A stretch of DNA of 62,152 nucleotides, the filler included, from Chiloscyllium plagiosum (lineage: Eukaryota), in assembly GCF_004010195.1 (NCBI RefSeq). It is 4 parts of one record of this genome, joined end to end, with 100 filler letters (N's around TTAATTAATTAA, not from the genome) between each part and the next. Parts side by side here need not be neighbours in the genome. Positions count along the whole stretch, not along the records: positions 1 to 18,389 come from NC_057710.1; positions 18,490 to 46,465 come from NC_057710.1; 2 more parts are not named here. One strand, 5' to 3'. Below the pieces are notes generated by a model. That model ran no database searches. It was given only the letters and a program-made list of their open reading frames with translations, and was not told where the DNA came from. Made by a program: the position numbers and the translations under genes. Of this stretch, positions 13,451 through 25,400 are shown piece by piece (the stretch's first letter is position 1; each line of letters begins with the position of its first letter).

Positions 13451-13454
13451 CGTA

Positions 13455-14742
13455 CTCAGAGAGCTAGTGAGGTATTTGCCGTTGTGTCAGGTGAAGTGTC
13501 AAGAGATTATGAAGAGGTTAAACAGGCTATTTTAAGTGCTTATGAATTGGTACCAGAAGCATAGAGACAGCAGTTCAGAAACACAAAGAAGGAACCAGGT
13601 CAAACTTACATTGAGTTTGAAAAAATTCAAGTCATTTTGATCAATGGGTGCGTGCTTTGAAAATAGATAAGACGTTCCAGGCTCTAAGAGAGATTATTCT
13701 GTTGGAGGAGTTTCAAAACTCACTTCCAGAGATGGTACGAATTAATGTGGAGGAACAGAAAGTTCAGGAAGTGAGAAGGAGCAGCAGAATTAGCAGATGA
13801 ATACATGTTGGTGCATAAACCAAGCTTCCAGCCAGAATTTCATCCTGTGAGGGATAGAAGGTGGGAGAAGGGGAGATCCTACACTACTAAACCAAGAGTA
13901 GAGGCACTGGTAAGAATTTACCACAAGATAAAAAAGAAACCCAATAAGGTGGGTAAGAGGTGAAAGGCATCCGGTGTTTCCACTGTGGTAAAGTTGGACA
14001 CGTAAAGTCATAGTGCTGGTCGTTAAAGAAAGGCGCTGTGGGAAAAGATGTGGTAAAAAAAGTGAAGCCAGTGGCATTAGTGAAGAGAGTAAAGGAGACC
14101 CCAAGAAGAGCTGAGGAACTGTAGGTGGGCTGGGTATGGAGATGATACCTGATCTCTACAAAGAATTCATTTCTGTAGGTAAAGTTTACGCAGAAAGGAC
14201 AGGGGTAAAAGGACATGAAGTTATAATTTTGAGAGATACAGCATGTAACCAGTCTCTATTAGTAAAAGATGAGCAAATTTGCACTCTTTCTGATCTGTGA
14301 CCTGAGAGTGTGGTAATTTGTGGGATAGATGGACAGAAATTTAGCATTCCCCTATGTAAGATCAGGTTGGAGTGCCAACTCAAGACTGGGTAAGTTACAG
14401 TGGGTGTGATTGACAGAATGTCAGTTCCCAGAATCCAGTTTATTCTTGGGAATGATTTAGCAGGGAGTGACACCTCTTGTTTTGGAAAAGCCCAAGGAAG
14501 ATCAAAAAACTGAGGAGTTAAAAGAAAAATATTCTGGTATTTTCCCAGACTGTGTAGTAATCAGATCCCATTATCATAAGTCACAGCACAAAGCTAAAGC
14601 TAAAGAGAAAGATGCAGGTGTTACAAGGTTCAGTTGGCGGATACCCTGTTTGATGTAATGGTGCAGGAAAAACCTGAACAGGCAGAGGGTCAGACAGAAG
14701 TGTTTAGTTCTGAAAGGCCACGGGACTTGCAACAGAAAGACA
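13455..14742 (+). mobile_element. Gmr1-like Ty3/Gypsy LTR retrotransposon, part 1: SCAN-like Gag, CCHC knuckle, protease (degenerate)
   Basis: Manual translation gives DYEEVKQAILSAYELVPEA*RQQFR..EIILLEEFQNSLPEMVRINVEEQKV../AAELADEY, then CFHCGKVGHVKS*C and ILRDTACNQSLL. Confidence 0.85.
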
Positions 14743-17406
14743 TAGAACAATACAGCGCAGAACAGGCCCTTTGGCCCTCGATGCTGCGCCGACCAGTGAA
14801 CTATTCTCAGCTTGTCCCCCTACACTATCCCATCATCATCCATGTGCTCATTTAGGATTGTTTAAATCTCCCTAACGTGGCTGAGTTAAATACATTGGCA
14901 GGCAGGGCATTCCATGCCCTTACCACTGTTTGAATAAAGAACCTGCCTCTGACATTTGTCTTAAATCTATCACCCCTCAATTTTTGGTTATGCCCCCTCG
15001 TACAAGCTGACGTCATCATCCTAAGAAAAAGACTTTCACTGTCTACCCTATCTAATCCTCTGGTCGCCTTGTATGTCTCTATCAAATCCCGTCTTAGCCT
15101 TCTTCTTTGTAATGAGAACAGACCCAAGTCTCTCAGCCTTTCCTCATAAGACCTTTCCTCCAGACCAGTCAACATCTTCATAAATCTCCTCTGCACCTTT
15201 TCCAATGCTTCCACATCCTTCCCGAAATATGGGGACCAGAACTATACACAATATTCCAAGTGTGGCCGCACTAACATATTGTATAGTTGCAGCATAATAT
15301 TGCGGCTCCGGAACTCAATCCCTCTACGAATGAAACCTAATACACCGTATGCCTTCTTAACAGCACTATCCACCTGGGTGGCAACTTTCAGGGATCTATG
15401 TACATGGACTCCAAGATCCCTCTGCACATTCACACTACCAAGAATCTTTCCATTGACCCAGTACTCTGCCTTACTGGTATTCCTCCCAAAGTGCATCACC
15501 TCACATTTAATTGCATTGAACTCCATTTGCCACCTCTCCGCCCAATTCTGCAGTTTATCTAAGTCCCCCTGCAACCTGTAACATTCTTCTAAACTGTCCA
15601 CTACTCCACCGACTTTACTGTCATCTGCAAATTTACTATGCCTACATCTGAGTCATTTATAAAAATGACAAACAGTAGTGGTCCCAAAACAGATCCTTTT
15701 GCCACACCACTAGTAACTAGACTCCAGGCTGACTATTTTCCATCAACCACCACTTTGTGCTTTCTTTCAGAAAGCCAGTTTCTAATCTGCTAAATTACCC
15801 TCAATTCCATGCTTTTCTCCAACAGCGACCATGTGGAACCTTATCAAAGGCTTTACTGAAGTCCATGTACACCACGTCAACTGCCCTACCTTCATCGACA
15901 TGCTTGGTCACCTTCTCAAAAAATTAAATGAAGTTTGTAAGAAATGATCTGCCCTTGACGAAACCATGTTGAATATCTGAAATCAAATTGTTGCTTGCTA
16001 GATGGTTATAAATCTCATCTCTTATAATCCTTTCAAAAACCTTTCCTACAACAGAAGTAAAGCTCAATGGTCTATAATTACCTGGGTCATCTCTACTGAC
16101 CTTCTTGAACAAGGGCACAACATTTGCAATCCTCCAGTCCTCTGGTATTAAATCTGTAGACAATGCTGATTCAAATATCAAAGCCAAAGCTCTGCTTTCT
16201 CCTCCCTAGCTTCCCAGAGAATCCTTGGATAGATCCCATCCGGCCCAGGGGACTTGTCTACTTTCACTCCCTCAAGAATTGATAGCATCTGTTCGTAAAC
16301 CTAGATCCTTTCTAGTCTAATATCTCGTACCTCATTCTTCTCCTCTTCAATATTCTCCTTTTCCTGAGTGAAAACTAATGAGAATGTTCATTTAGCACCT
16401 CTCCGATCTCCACAGGGTCCACCTTTAACTTCCCACTTCTGTCTTTGGCCCTATTCATGGGCGGCACACAGGCACAGTGGTTAGCACTGCTGCCTCACAG
16501 TGCCAGAGACCCGCCCCAGGCAACTGTGTGTGTGGAGTTTGCACATTCTCCCAGTGTCTGCGTGTGTTTCTTCCGGTTTCCTCCCACAGTCCAAAAATGT
16601 GCAGGTTAGGTAAATGGGCTATGCTAAATTGCCCGTTGTGTTAGGTGAAGGGGTAAATGTAGGGGAATGGGTCTGGGTGGGTTGCTCTTCGGAGGGTCGG
16701 TGTGAACTTGTTGGGCCAAAGGGCCTGTTTCCACACTAAGTAATTAATCTAATCTACCCTGGTCTTCCTCATATTCCTCAATTACCTATAGAAAGCTTTA
16801 GGCTTCTCCTTTATTCGATTTGCTAAAGACTGCTCGTGTCTTCTCTTTGCTCTTAACTCTCTTTAAATCCTTCCTAGCTCATCTGTAACCCTCCATCGCC
16901 TCATCTGTTCCATCTTGCCTCATCACCACATAAGCCTCCTTCTTCTGCTTAACAAGAGATGTAATTTCTGTAGTAAACCACAGTTCCCTTACCTATCGCT
17001 TCCTCCCTGCCTGACAGGGACATACCTATCAAGGACACGCAATATCTGTTCCTTAAACCAGCTCTATATTTCCATTGTCTGCATCCCCTGCATTTTGCTA
17101 CCCCATTCTATGCATCCTAATTCTTGCCTAATCCCATTATAATTGCCCTTGCCCCATTGGTAACTCTTGATCTGTGGCATGTACCTATCCCTTTCCATCA
17201 CTAAACTAAACATAACTGAATTACGGTCACTCTCTCCTAAGTGCTCACCTACAACTAAATCAAACACCTCGCCTGGTTCATTACCTAGCACCAGATCCAG
17301 TGTGGCTTTTCCTCGTCGGCCCTTCGACATACTGTGTCAGGAAACCCTCCTGTACACATGGGACAAAAACTGATCCATCTGACGTACTAGAGTTATAGCA
17401 TTTCCT
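14743..17406 (-). mobile_element. 5'-truncated CR1 ORF2 inserted into the Gmr1-like element
   Basis: ORFs at 14852-15214, 15242-15601 (WAERWQMEFN), 15924-16187 (PEDWRIANVVPLFKK) and 17064-17330 (LDLVLGNE). Confidence 0.9.
16459..16755 (+). mobile_element. HE1-type SINE inserted in a CR1
   Basis: GGGCGGCAC..GTGGTTAGCACTGCTGCC head, central conserved domain, and tail GGGCCAAAGGGCCTGTTTCCACAC..AATCTAATCT. Confidence 0.85.
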
Positions 17407-18070
17407 ACAAGACAATAAAACATAGATATGTGGATGGGTACTTCGAAAAGGAGGTAGAGAATATTCCTGAGGGTTATTATCTGAAAGATAGAAGCCGAAG
17501 ATGGAAATGGAGACCATGGCAGGTTAGTGCAGAGGAGAAATGGTCCGAAGTGCACCAGATTGTGTTGCTGGTAGCATACAGACAGGAACTGTTACGGGTA
17601 GCACATTAAGTACCTGTAGGAGGTCACCTAGGGGTACGAATGATTCAGGCAAAGATACAAAGACATTTTTATTGGCCTGGAATGCACAAGGGTAGCTTTT
17701 GCCGTACATGTCATACATGCCAAATGGTAGGTAAACTACAAGCAGTAATAAAACCAGCACCCTTGTTGCCAATTCTCACATTTGAAGGATCTTTCACACA
17801 GGTTATAACTGGTTGTGTAAGTCCTCCCCAGAGAACTAGAAGAGACAAAGAACTGGAGAAACACGTATTAGTTAATGCCCCGCAGATGTTGTGGATTTTG
17901 ATGTACCTCAAAATATGTTAAGTCATCATCCTTGAGGAGTGGGATAGGTTAGTAAACTATCAGGAGCATAGAACACAGCTCAAATGTTTGTTACTGCAGT
18001 ATAAGGACATATGTAGGAATCATATGGGAAGGTCTAATGCTATTGGACATGAAGTAGATGTAGGAAATGC
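17407..18070 (+). mobile_element. Gmr1-like element, part 2: integrase HHCC Zn-binding region, then a deleted remainder and a pre-RT linker
   Basis: AH*VPVGGHLGVRMIQAKIQRHFYWPGMHKG..CRTCHTCQ..PAPLLPI (ORF 17640-17921). Later AIGHEVDVGNA at ~18040-18070. Confidence 0.85.
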
Positions 18071-18072
18071 TC

Positions 18073-18389
18073 AAAGTTTGTGAGAAGATTTGTAGCTCGG
18101 GTGCTCGTTGCTGTGGTTCTGTTCGCCGAGCTGGAAGTTTTTGTTGCAAACATTTCGTCCCCTGTCTAGGTAACATCCTCTGGCTTGGGAGCCTCCTGTG
18201 AAGCGCTTCTGTGGTGTTTCCTCCGGCATTTATAGTGGCCTGTCCCTGCCGCTTCCGGTTGTCAGTTTCAGCTGTCCACTGTAGTGGCCGGTATATTGGG
18301 TCCAGGTCGATGTGTTTGCCGATGGAGTTTGTGGATGATCCACTCAACAAACTCCATCAACAAACACATCGACCTAGACCCAATATACC
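18073..18389 (-). mobile_element. Penelope-like element 3' end (pLTR) with the start of an inversion, cut by the spacer
   Basis: Near-identical to 40053-40609. Encodes SIGKHIDLDPIYRPLQ. The inversion junction is at ~18338. Confidence 0.85.
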
Positions 18390-18489
18390 NNNNNNNNNNN
18401 NNNNNNNNNNNNNNNNNNNNNNNNNNNNNNNNNTTAATTAATTAANNNNNNNNNNNNNNNNNNNNNNNNNNNNNNNNNNNNNNNNNNNN
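18390..18489. other. Artificial assembly/concatenation spacer
   Basis: 44 N + TTAATTAATTAA (stop codons in all six frames) + 44 N. Confidence 0.97.
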
Positions 18490-18897
18490 ACACACACATA
18501 CACACACGCACATACACACACACATACACACACGCACATACACACACACATACACACACGCACATACACACACACATACACACACGCACATACACACACA
18601 CATACACACACGCACATACACACACACATACACACACGCACATACACACACACATACACACACGCACATACACACACACATACACACACGCACATACACA
18701 CACACATACACACACGCACATACACACACACATACACACACGCACATACACACACACATACACACACGCACATACACACACACATACACACACGCACATA
18801 CACACACACATACACACACACCTGCATACACACACATACACACACGCACATACACACACACATACACACACGCACATACACACACACATACACACAC
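18490..18897. repeat. CA-rich minisatellite with a 26-bp unit (CACACACACATACACACACGCACATA)n
   Basis: Direct reading of the sequence. The 26-aa periodicity of the minus-strand translations agrees. Confidence 0.95.
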
Positions 18898-18988
18898 AGA
18901 AATTGGTGTAAAAGCTCAGCAGTTCAGGCAGTATCTGTTGAGAGAAATCAGAGTTAATGTTTTGGGTCCGGTGACCCTTCCTGAGAAC
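18896..18988 (-). mobile_element. Short PLE-derived fragment with a decayed hammerhead motif
   Basis: The minus strand reads CTCAGGA-A-GGGTCACCGGACCC-AAAA-CATTAAC. Similar pieces at 43290-43335 and 52870-52905. Confidence 0.55.
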
Positions 18989-19204
18989 AGAGCACACACA
19001 AACCGAGGTATAATATTTAATATGAAAAGGAATATGCAGTGTAACAGTCCTTAAGAGTCCTTGAGGTGTTAGATTTTGATCACAATTCTCTACTTGATGA
19101 CTTGTTTCCTAAACAGTAACAAAATCTGTAGATTTCCTGGAGTTCGGAGTAAATGGATGTTTCTTCAATTTGCTGTTTCAAATGGCTGACAGAAACAATT
19201 AGTA

Positions 19205-19985
19205 TAGATTGATTGATAGATTGTTATCACACGTACTGAGATACAATGAAAAGTGATGTCTTGTGTGCTATACAGGCAGATTATACCATATGAAGTACAT
19301 GAGGGTAGCAGAACAGAGTGCAGAGTACAGTGTTACAGCTGCAGAGGGAGAGATCAGAATTAATATTTGAGAGGTCTATTCCAAAGTCTGATAACAGCGA
19401 GGAAGCAGCTGTTCTTGAATCTGTTCAAACATGTAGTCAAACTTCTATATCTTCTGCCCTATGGGCGAAGGTGGAAGAGAGTATAACTGGGGTGGGAATG
19501 GTCTTTGATTATGTTGGTTGCTTTCCTGATGCAGCTGGAAGTATAGAAGGAGTCAATGGATGGAAGGCTGGTTTGTATAATGGATGGGGCTGTGTTCACG
19601 ACTTTGTAGTCTCTTGCAGTCTTGGGAAGAACAGTTGCAATACCATGCTGTTTTTCATCCAGGGAGGATGGCTTCTGTGGTGCATCTATAAAAGTTGATA
19701 AGAGTTCCTTGTGGAGATGCCAAATTTCCTTGGCCTTCTGAGGAAGTAAAGGTGTTGCTGCGCTTTATTGACCGTCACATCAACGTGGGTGAACCAAAAC
19801 AGATTGTTGGTGACCGTCCCTCCCAGGATCTTAACACTTTCGACCATCTTCCACCTCAGCAGCAATGATGCAGGTAGGGCATACCCTCCGCTCTACTTCC
19901 TGAAATTAATGACCAACTCCTTTGTTTTGCTCACATTGATGGAGAGATTGTTGTCTTCACACTATGCCACTAAGCACTCTTTCCC
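19205..19985 (-). mobile_element. Rex1/Babar-type LINE 3' fragment, degenerate
   Basis: Reverse complement resembles the 60589-61341 element (NNLSINVSKTKELVINFRK; KAQQHLYFLRRPRKFG) and ends in a short-repeat tail. Confidence 0.7.
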
Positions 19986-20958
19986 CTCTCACCTTAGACC
20001 TATGCCCTCCATGGTCAGCTGGAAAAGGGCACAGGCTGATGATACCCTAAACGGCAGTTTGTATATTGATATAAAACCTTATGGACATGAATTGTAGCAT
20101 ATTTCTGGGACTCTTCTTCACCCTGTCGCAATTGCAGGTAGGTGTGGCTCATGCCTAGCTTCATGAAGGACAGCCCCCCTTACTAACTTTGTGTACAAGT
20201 CCACTATGCGAGTGATTGGATATTTATCCAGCTGTGAGAAGTGATTTACCGTTTGCTTAAAATCCCCACAAATGTGAACTGAGCTGTCAGGCTTCACAAT
20301 CAATACAACCAGTGCTGCCCATCCTGCAAACTGCTCAGGTTGGACAATTCCATCACTCTCCAGCCTCCTGATTTCTACCTCCACTTTTGTCTGCAAGGCA
20401 AATGGCAAAGCGAAGGCCTTGGAAAATCTCAAGATTGTGTCCTGTTCAACATGTAAAGTATCTTTGGTCCCTTTGATAGCCCCAAGCCCTTCCTGAAAAA
20501 CTCCTGGGTATTTCACTCAGACTTAAATGAAGCAGCCATTTTCTAATCAAAAAATATTGAGCCAATCAAGATTAATCTTTCTCAGCCAATTCCGTGCTTT
20601 GGACATGAGCCCAAGCCTTTTACTACCATCTGTACCCTCTGTTTCTCATAGGAGACTGGAACCGAAGTTATACCCTTAATCTGCAATGGTTCCCCACTGT
20701 ATGTTCTCAGTGCGGCTGAGGTCTTGTGCAAGCTTAAAGGTTGAAGTCCCAAGCAAATCTTGTTAAAGATAAATTCTGCAACCACAGATAGAGCTGCGCT
20801 GGTATTGATCTCTACAGGAACCGGGCGACCATTTAAACAAACCTTAATTTTAATTGGCACCGATTTGGGCGACACTAAACAATTTAATTGTTCCAACCCA
20901 CATACAAGGTCTTTCCAGGGTGTGCACTCTCCTGGGTACCGACCTATGAATTATCCTA

Positions 20959-21164
20959 GAGGAGAAAGTGAGGTCTGCAGATGCTGGAGATCAGAGATGG
21001 AAATGTGTTGCTGGAAAAGCGCAGCAGGTCAGGCAGCATCTAGGGAACAGGAGAATCGACGTTTCGGGCATTAGCCTGAAGAAGGGCTAATGCCTGAAAC
21101 GTCGATTCTCCTGTTCCCTAGATGCTGCCTGACCTGCTGCGCTTTTCCAGCAACACATTTCCAT
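20959..21164 (+). mobile_element. 206-bp fold-back PLE-derived element with hammerhead core and 15-bp TSD
   Basis: TSD CTATGAATTATCCTA at 20944-20958 and 21165-21179. ~80-bp near-perfect inverted arms plus a ~36-nt one-sided extension. Confidence 0.9.
21076..21103 (+). ncRNA. Minimal hammerhead ribozyme motif (PLE type)
   Basis: CTGAAGA-A-[GGGC TAAT GCCT]-GAAA-C-GTC: both conserved core boxes, stem II and a GUC cleavage triplet are present. Confidence 0.75.
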
Positions 21165-24100
21165 CTATGAATTATCCTACTCTGGTCAGGCCTTGTAGGA
21201 CTCCTTTGCTGTCTTGTGTCCGCATACTGCAACTACAATGACTTGCTGGCTTAGATCCTGAAGGACTGTGAGGCTCTGCTTTGCTGTGGGGTTCTGCTGT
21301 GGGTTGGTCTATGGTCCCTCTGCTCAGGACATGCCCTGCTTGAGGCTCTGCAATTGCCTATACTCACATGTTCCCCAAGCTCAGTCAGACAGGAGAGGGA
21401 GTCCACTTCCATTGGGATGTCTTGTAGTTCCCAAGGTCCACTGGCTACATTTTCTAATGATGGAGTGCATGTTTGAAGTCCAGTTGGGGATCAACTAATA
21501 GGCGCTTCTGCATGGTTATGTTATTAATCCCACAAACCAAACAGTCTCTCAGCAGCTCATTCAGGATTAACCCAAAATCACATGCCTCTGCCAGTGGTCA
21601 TAAAATCGTCAAAAATACCGATACAGATTCCTCCAGTTCTCTAACAGCTGAATAAACTGATAGCATCTCAATATTTGAGGATGCTGTGGGTCATAATATT
21701 CCTTAACCGATTCTGTTAGTCTTGAAAGGTTTTAGTGTCTGGTGCCTTTGGGAAAGTTATAACAGAAAATGCTGCAGGTCCACATGTAGTCAGAAGGATT
21801 ACTGGTTGCTTTTCCTCAGTTCCAATGTCATTTCCCCCAAAAACATTGCACTATTTCCACATACTGGGCCCAGTCTTTGCCAGAAGGATCAAATGGGTCA
21901 AGCTCCCTCAATAGATGTGTGATACCAGAAATGCTTACCCCAACTCCAAGATGACAATCACAAGTGAAAGTTTTTCAGGCATGTCCTGTGTTCTCCCATT
22001 GCCACTGGAAGTACTGCATGGAGGCTGGTGTTCTGTCACCAACTCACCCTTTACTTACAAGTGCAAGGTACACTGGCTGTGGCCAGGCAGCTCAGAGTCA
22101 GTCATCAACTGAGGAGAATCTAATCTTCTGGTTATATATATTTTTCCCTTAACACTGCCGGCCTACACATGCAGGGCATCTTCTGTTTATAGACACGGAA
22201 CATCTTCAGCTTATACACAGAGCATCTTTGGTCCACACACACAGAGCATTTTTGGCCTACTCATGGCACTTTTGGCCCATGTACAGAGGCCAGGTGCGAG
22301 GCCTACATGCTGAAACAAAGGCACAGGCTGGGTCTCATCACCAAGTCACCCTTTATTTACTAGTGCATAGTGCACTGGCTGTAGTCGGCCAGCTCAATGT
22401 CAATCCTCAACTGAGGAGATTCTAATCTCCTGGTTATATTGGTCAGACAAGGCTTTTCTGATTGCTTCAGTTAACAACCCCAATCAAGAACCTTGTAGTT
22501 AATGAGTCCACCTGGTTCCAATAACTGCATTTAGTAAATAAGATTTTCCTGGTCTAAGTTGCAATTTCTGTTACTGATTTCTGGCTCTATACCTTTTAAT
22601 ATTTTATACTTCAGTGATATCCTTTAACTGTACTCTTCTCATGTTATAAAGTTGATGCTTTTCTACTTCCCATAACACATTTTTACATCTTTCCCTTTAT
22701 AGTCAGGATCAATGATTCATGTGCTGACTTGGGAAAAAGTATATTGTAAATGATTGATCCATTTATTGTAAAACTTAAGGATACTCCACATTTGTCAATT
22801 CTACGGGGTACAGCACTGGTCAATTTAACATTCTATTCACTTTCATCCAATTATTCCATCAGATTGTCCAGACATTGAAATTGCCATTTGCTTTTTTGTA
22901 TTTAGGCTCCTTTGTAAGTGTTAAATCATATTTTTACCTTATGGGCTTACATCTACTAGGATTTGGTTTTAAAGGGATCTAAATTCTGTGCATATGTGAT
23001 CTGGGATGTGACCTGTGAATTGTGCCCATTGATATCTTTCACCACTGACCATACAGGATAATATAGAATCAATGGGAACTCAGTTCTCTTACAGGGAGTT
23101 GATGGGCACCTTTACCAGTAGGGACACATATCAGGTTGCTGATTACTACTGGACCTATGCCCAAACACATTTCATGCAGGTAATTTTTTATTAACAGTAC
23201 AAAGGAGACTCTATTTCTTGGTTGTGATTTGAATTTGGGTTCTACAGGTGAAAGAAGCACTGTATGTTGCAACACACTCTGTCACTTAACCCCTAATTGT
23301 CAGCGCAGGATATACCAACACACTATGCCATCATGGATCATAGATTGCTATTGACAGTATCCTTGTTTTTACCTCATTGACAGTATTGTAAAGCAGCACA
23401 TTATTATTCATTCAGGTAGATGGATGTCACTGGTTGGCTTAGCATTTGGCTTCGTCCTTGTGAAGCTGGTGTCTGCTAGTGGGAGCTGCGTATCTTTCAG
23501 CTGATGCCTAGACTGTAATGAGAATGATTTTCCATCATCATAACCAATGGTTTGTTATAGCTGAATAGAAACCAGTCTTATTTTTGTCACTTCTGAATAA
23601 GACTACATTTGTTGGAAGCTCCAATGTAGCCATCTTACTCTGAAAATTAATGAATAAATAAACCTCCAGCATACAAAAGCAAGTTTCAGGTTGATAACCT
23701 TTCATCAGAAATCCTGTCTAACTTATAGTGATTGACTTGAAATATTAACTTTGTTTCTCACTTTCTTATTCCACAGATGCTACCAGAGCTGCTGCGTGTT
23801 TTCAGCATTTTGTGTTTTTGATACAACTTACAATTGCTTGTGAAGTGGGACAATTACTCTTGTGTCTTTTTAAAAATTTAATACCGCTCACTGTCTATAC
23901 AGCTTGGCTTTTTGACTTGTTACAAGAAATGACCAAAGATGTAGTACAGATAGATCTAACTTCTGTCCATCAGTCATAACCAGTCTGACAATAGAAGCCA
24001 CAAATTCTAACCGTCAGGCTGCCTGTCTAGCTGGTTGTCTCAACCTTGCTATGTTTTGCATCATTTATTCCAGTAAGTACTGACTTTGTCATCCACTGAA

Positions 24101-24777
24101 AGAGATAGTGAAGGCACGTATCACATTCATGGTCTGCCCATTGCTATTATTTCATCATTTGTATTTGGTCACTGCATGTAAGCCTCTCATTTTCATTCTT
24201 TCCATTGCAATATCAGATCTAGGGATGAACATTAAGCCCCAAGCAAGGCAGAATTTTTTGTTTAGTCAAACAGAATGATTCCTTACAAAAAAAAGTTTTA
24301 AAAAATTACAAATATTGCTGTGCTAGCAGACATTCAGGGTTTTTTGAGGATTCAATGGTCTGTGGAGTGAATTATATTTCTGATTTTGTTCTCCCTCTTT
24401 ATCGTAGCGTATGCAAGGTCAAAGTATGTTCTTTTTGTTTCGCCTTGTTGTAATTTCTTTCCTCTAGGAGTTTACAAATCAGCTTCTTATCTTTTTGTTG
24501 TTTGTGAGCATTGGCATTTTTTCCTGTTGTTTGATTGGGAACTGCGCCAATAATATATTGAAAGGCAGTCATGATTATTTTTGTTTTTGTTCTTAGGTGG
24601 TTGGGAGCAAGTAGGAGATCAAAAATTTAATAGTTCCAATAAATTGAGGATCAATAAATAAAAGGGTGAAGATAATACTGCAGGATTTCACCAAGAATTG
24701 ACAAAAATAGGAGAGAAGATAAGGTAAATGACAAAGTAATAGATTAGTCACAATAATAAGAATAAATTGCTTTCAAT

Positions 24778-25085
24778 TTATAGTCCAACAGGTTTATTTG
24801 GAAGCACTAGCTTTTGGAGCGTTGCTCCTTCATCAGGTGGTTTGAAATATAAGATCATAAGACACAGAATTTATAGCAAAAGTTTACAGTGTGATGTAAT
24901 TGAAATTATAAATCGGAAAAGACCTGGATTGGTTGTTAAGTCTCTCATCTTTTAGAATGAATATGTTGCTTTCAGTTCTTGCAAATGTAGGTTGCAGAAC
25001 TTTTTTAAAGGTGCATTCTCAAGTGAACTTTAACAATTGGTGTCATGTTGGCCCAGATAATGCATTTAAGGTGTGAGCTGCCCAC
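24778..25085 (-). mobile_element. Penelope-like element 3' region with a decayed hammerhead
   Basis: The minus strand at 24836-24807 reads CTGATGA-A-GGAGC AAC GCTCC-AAAA-GCTAG, with the GAAA box mutated at a CpG. Confidence 0.7.
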
Positions 25086-25096
25086 GTTACAAGTTC

Positions 25097-25397
25097 AGAT
25101 TAGATTCCCTACAGTATGGAAACAAGCTCTTCGGCCCAACAAGTCCAGACTTACCCTCCGATGAGGGTAAGCCCCATTCCCCTACCCTGTATTTACCCCT
25201 GACTAATCACCTAACACTATGGACAATTTAGCCTAGCCAATTCACCTAATCTGCACATCTTTGGACTGTGGGAGGAAACCCACACAGACACGGGGAGAAT
25301 GTGCAAATTCCACACAGACAGTTGCCCAAGGCTGGAGTTGAACCCAGGTTCCTGACGCTGTGAGATAGCAGTACTAACCACTGAGCCACCATGCCGC
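25097..25397 (-). mobile_element. HE1-type SINE
   Basis: Reverse complement of head, central domain and tail, as at 16459 and 53484. Confidence 0.85.
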
Positions 25398-25400
25398 GGC

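Larger units (their letters stand above)
19990..22530 (-). mobile_element. Ty3/Gypsy LTR retrotransposon, 5' portion (short LTR, PBS, gag, protease, RT start), degenerate
   Basis: Gag-like FDPSGKDWAQYVE. Protease ORF 20582-20896 (LNGRPVPVEINTSAALSVV). RT ORF 20118-20516 (WAALVVLIVKPDSSVHICGDFK..YPITRI). LTR-like blocks at ~22043-22140 and ~22343-22530, each followed by TGGTGA. Confidence 0.85.

Noticed and set aside
18390..18489. TTAATTAATTAA palindrome in N runs (also at 46510 and 58001)
   Set aside because: The same 44N+12+44N design occurs three times. It is an artificial six-frame-stop spacer, not biology, and adjacency across it is not guaranteed.
18434..18997. Long Cys/Val-rich ORFs in three frames
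   Set aside because: These are translations of a CA minisatellite.
23058..23180. Exon-like stretch (CAG|GATAAT...ATGCAG|GTAATT, 41 open codons)
   Set aside because: The peptide is not recognised and has no partner exons. Other frames give weak retro-protease-like text (VIWDVTCE..SVLLQGVDG), so a decayed LTR element is equally plausible. Unresolved without a search.
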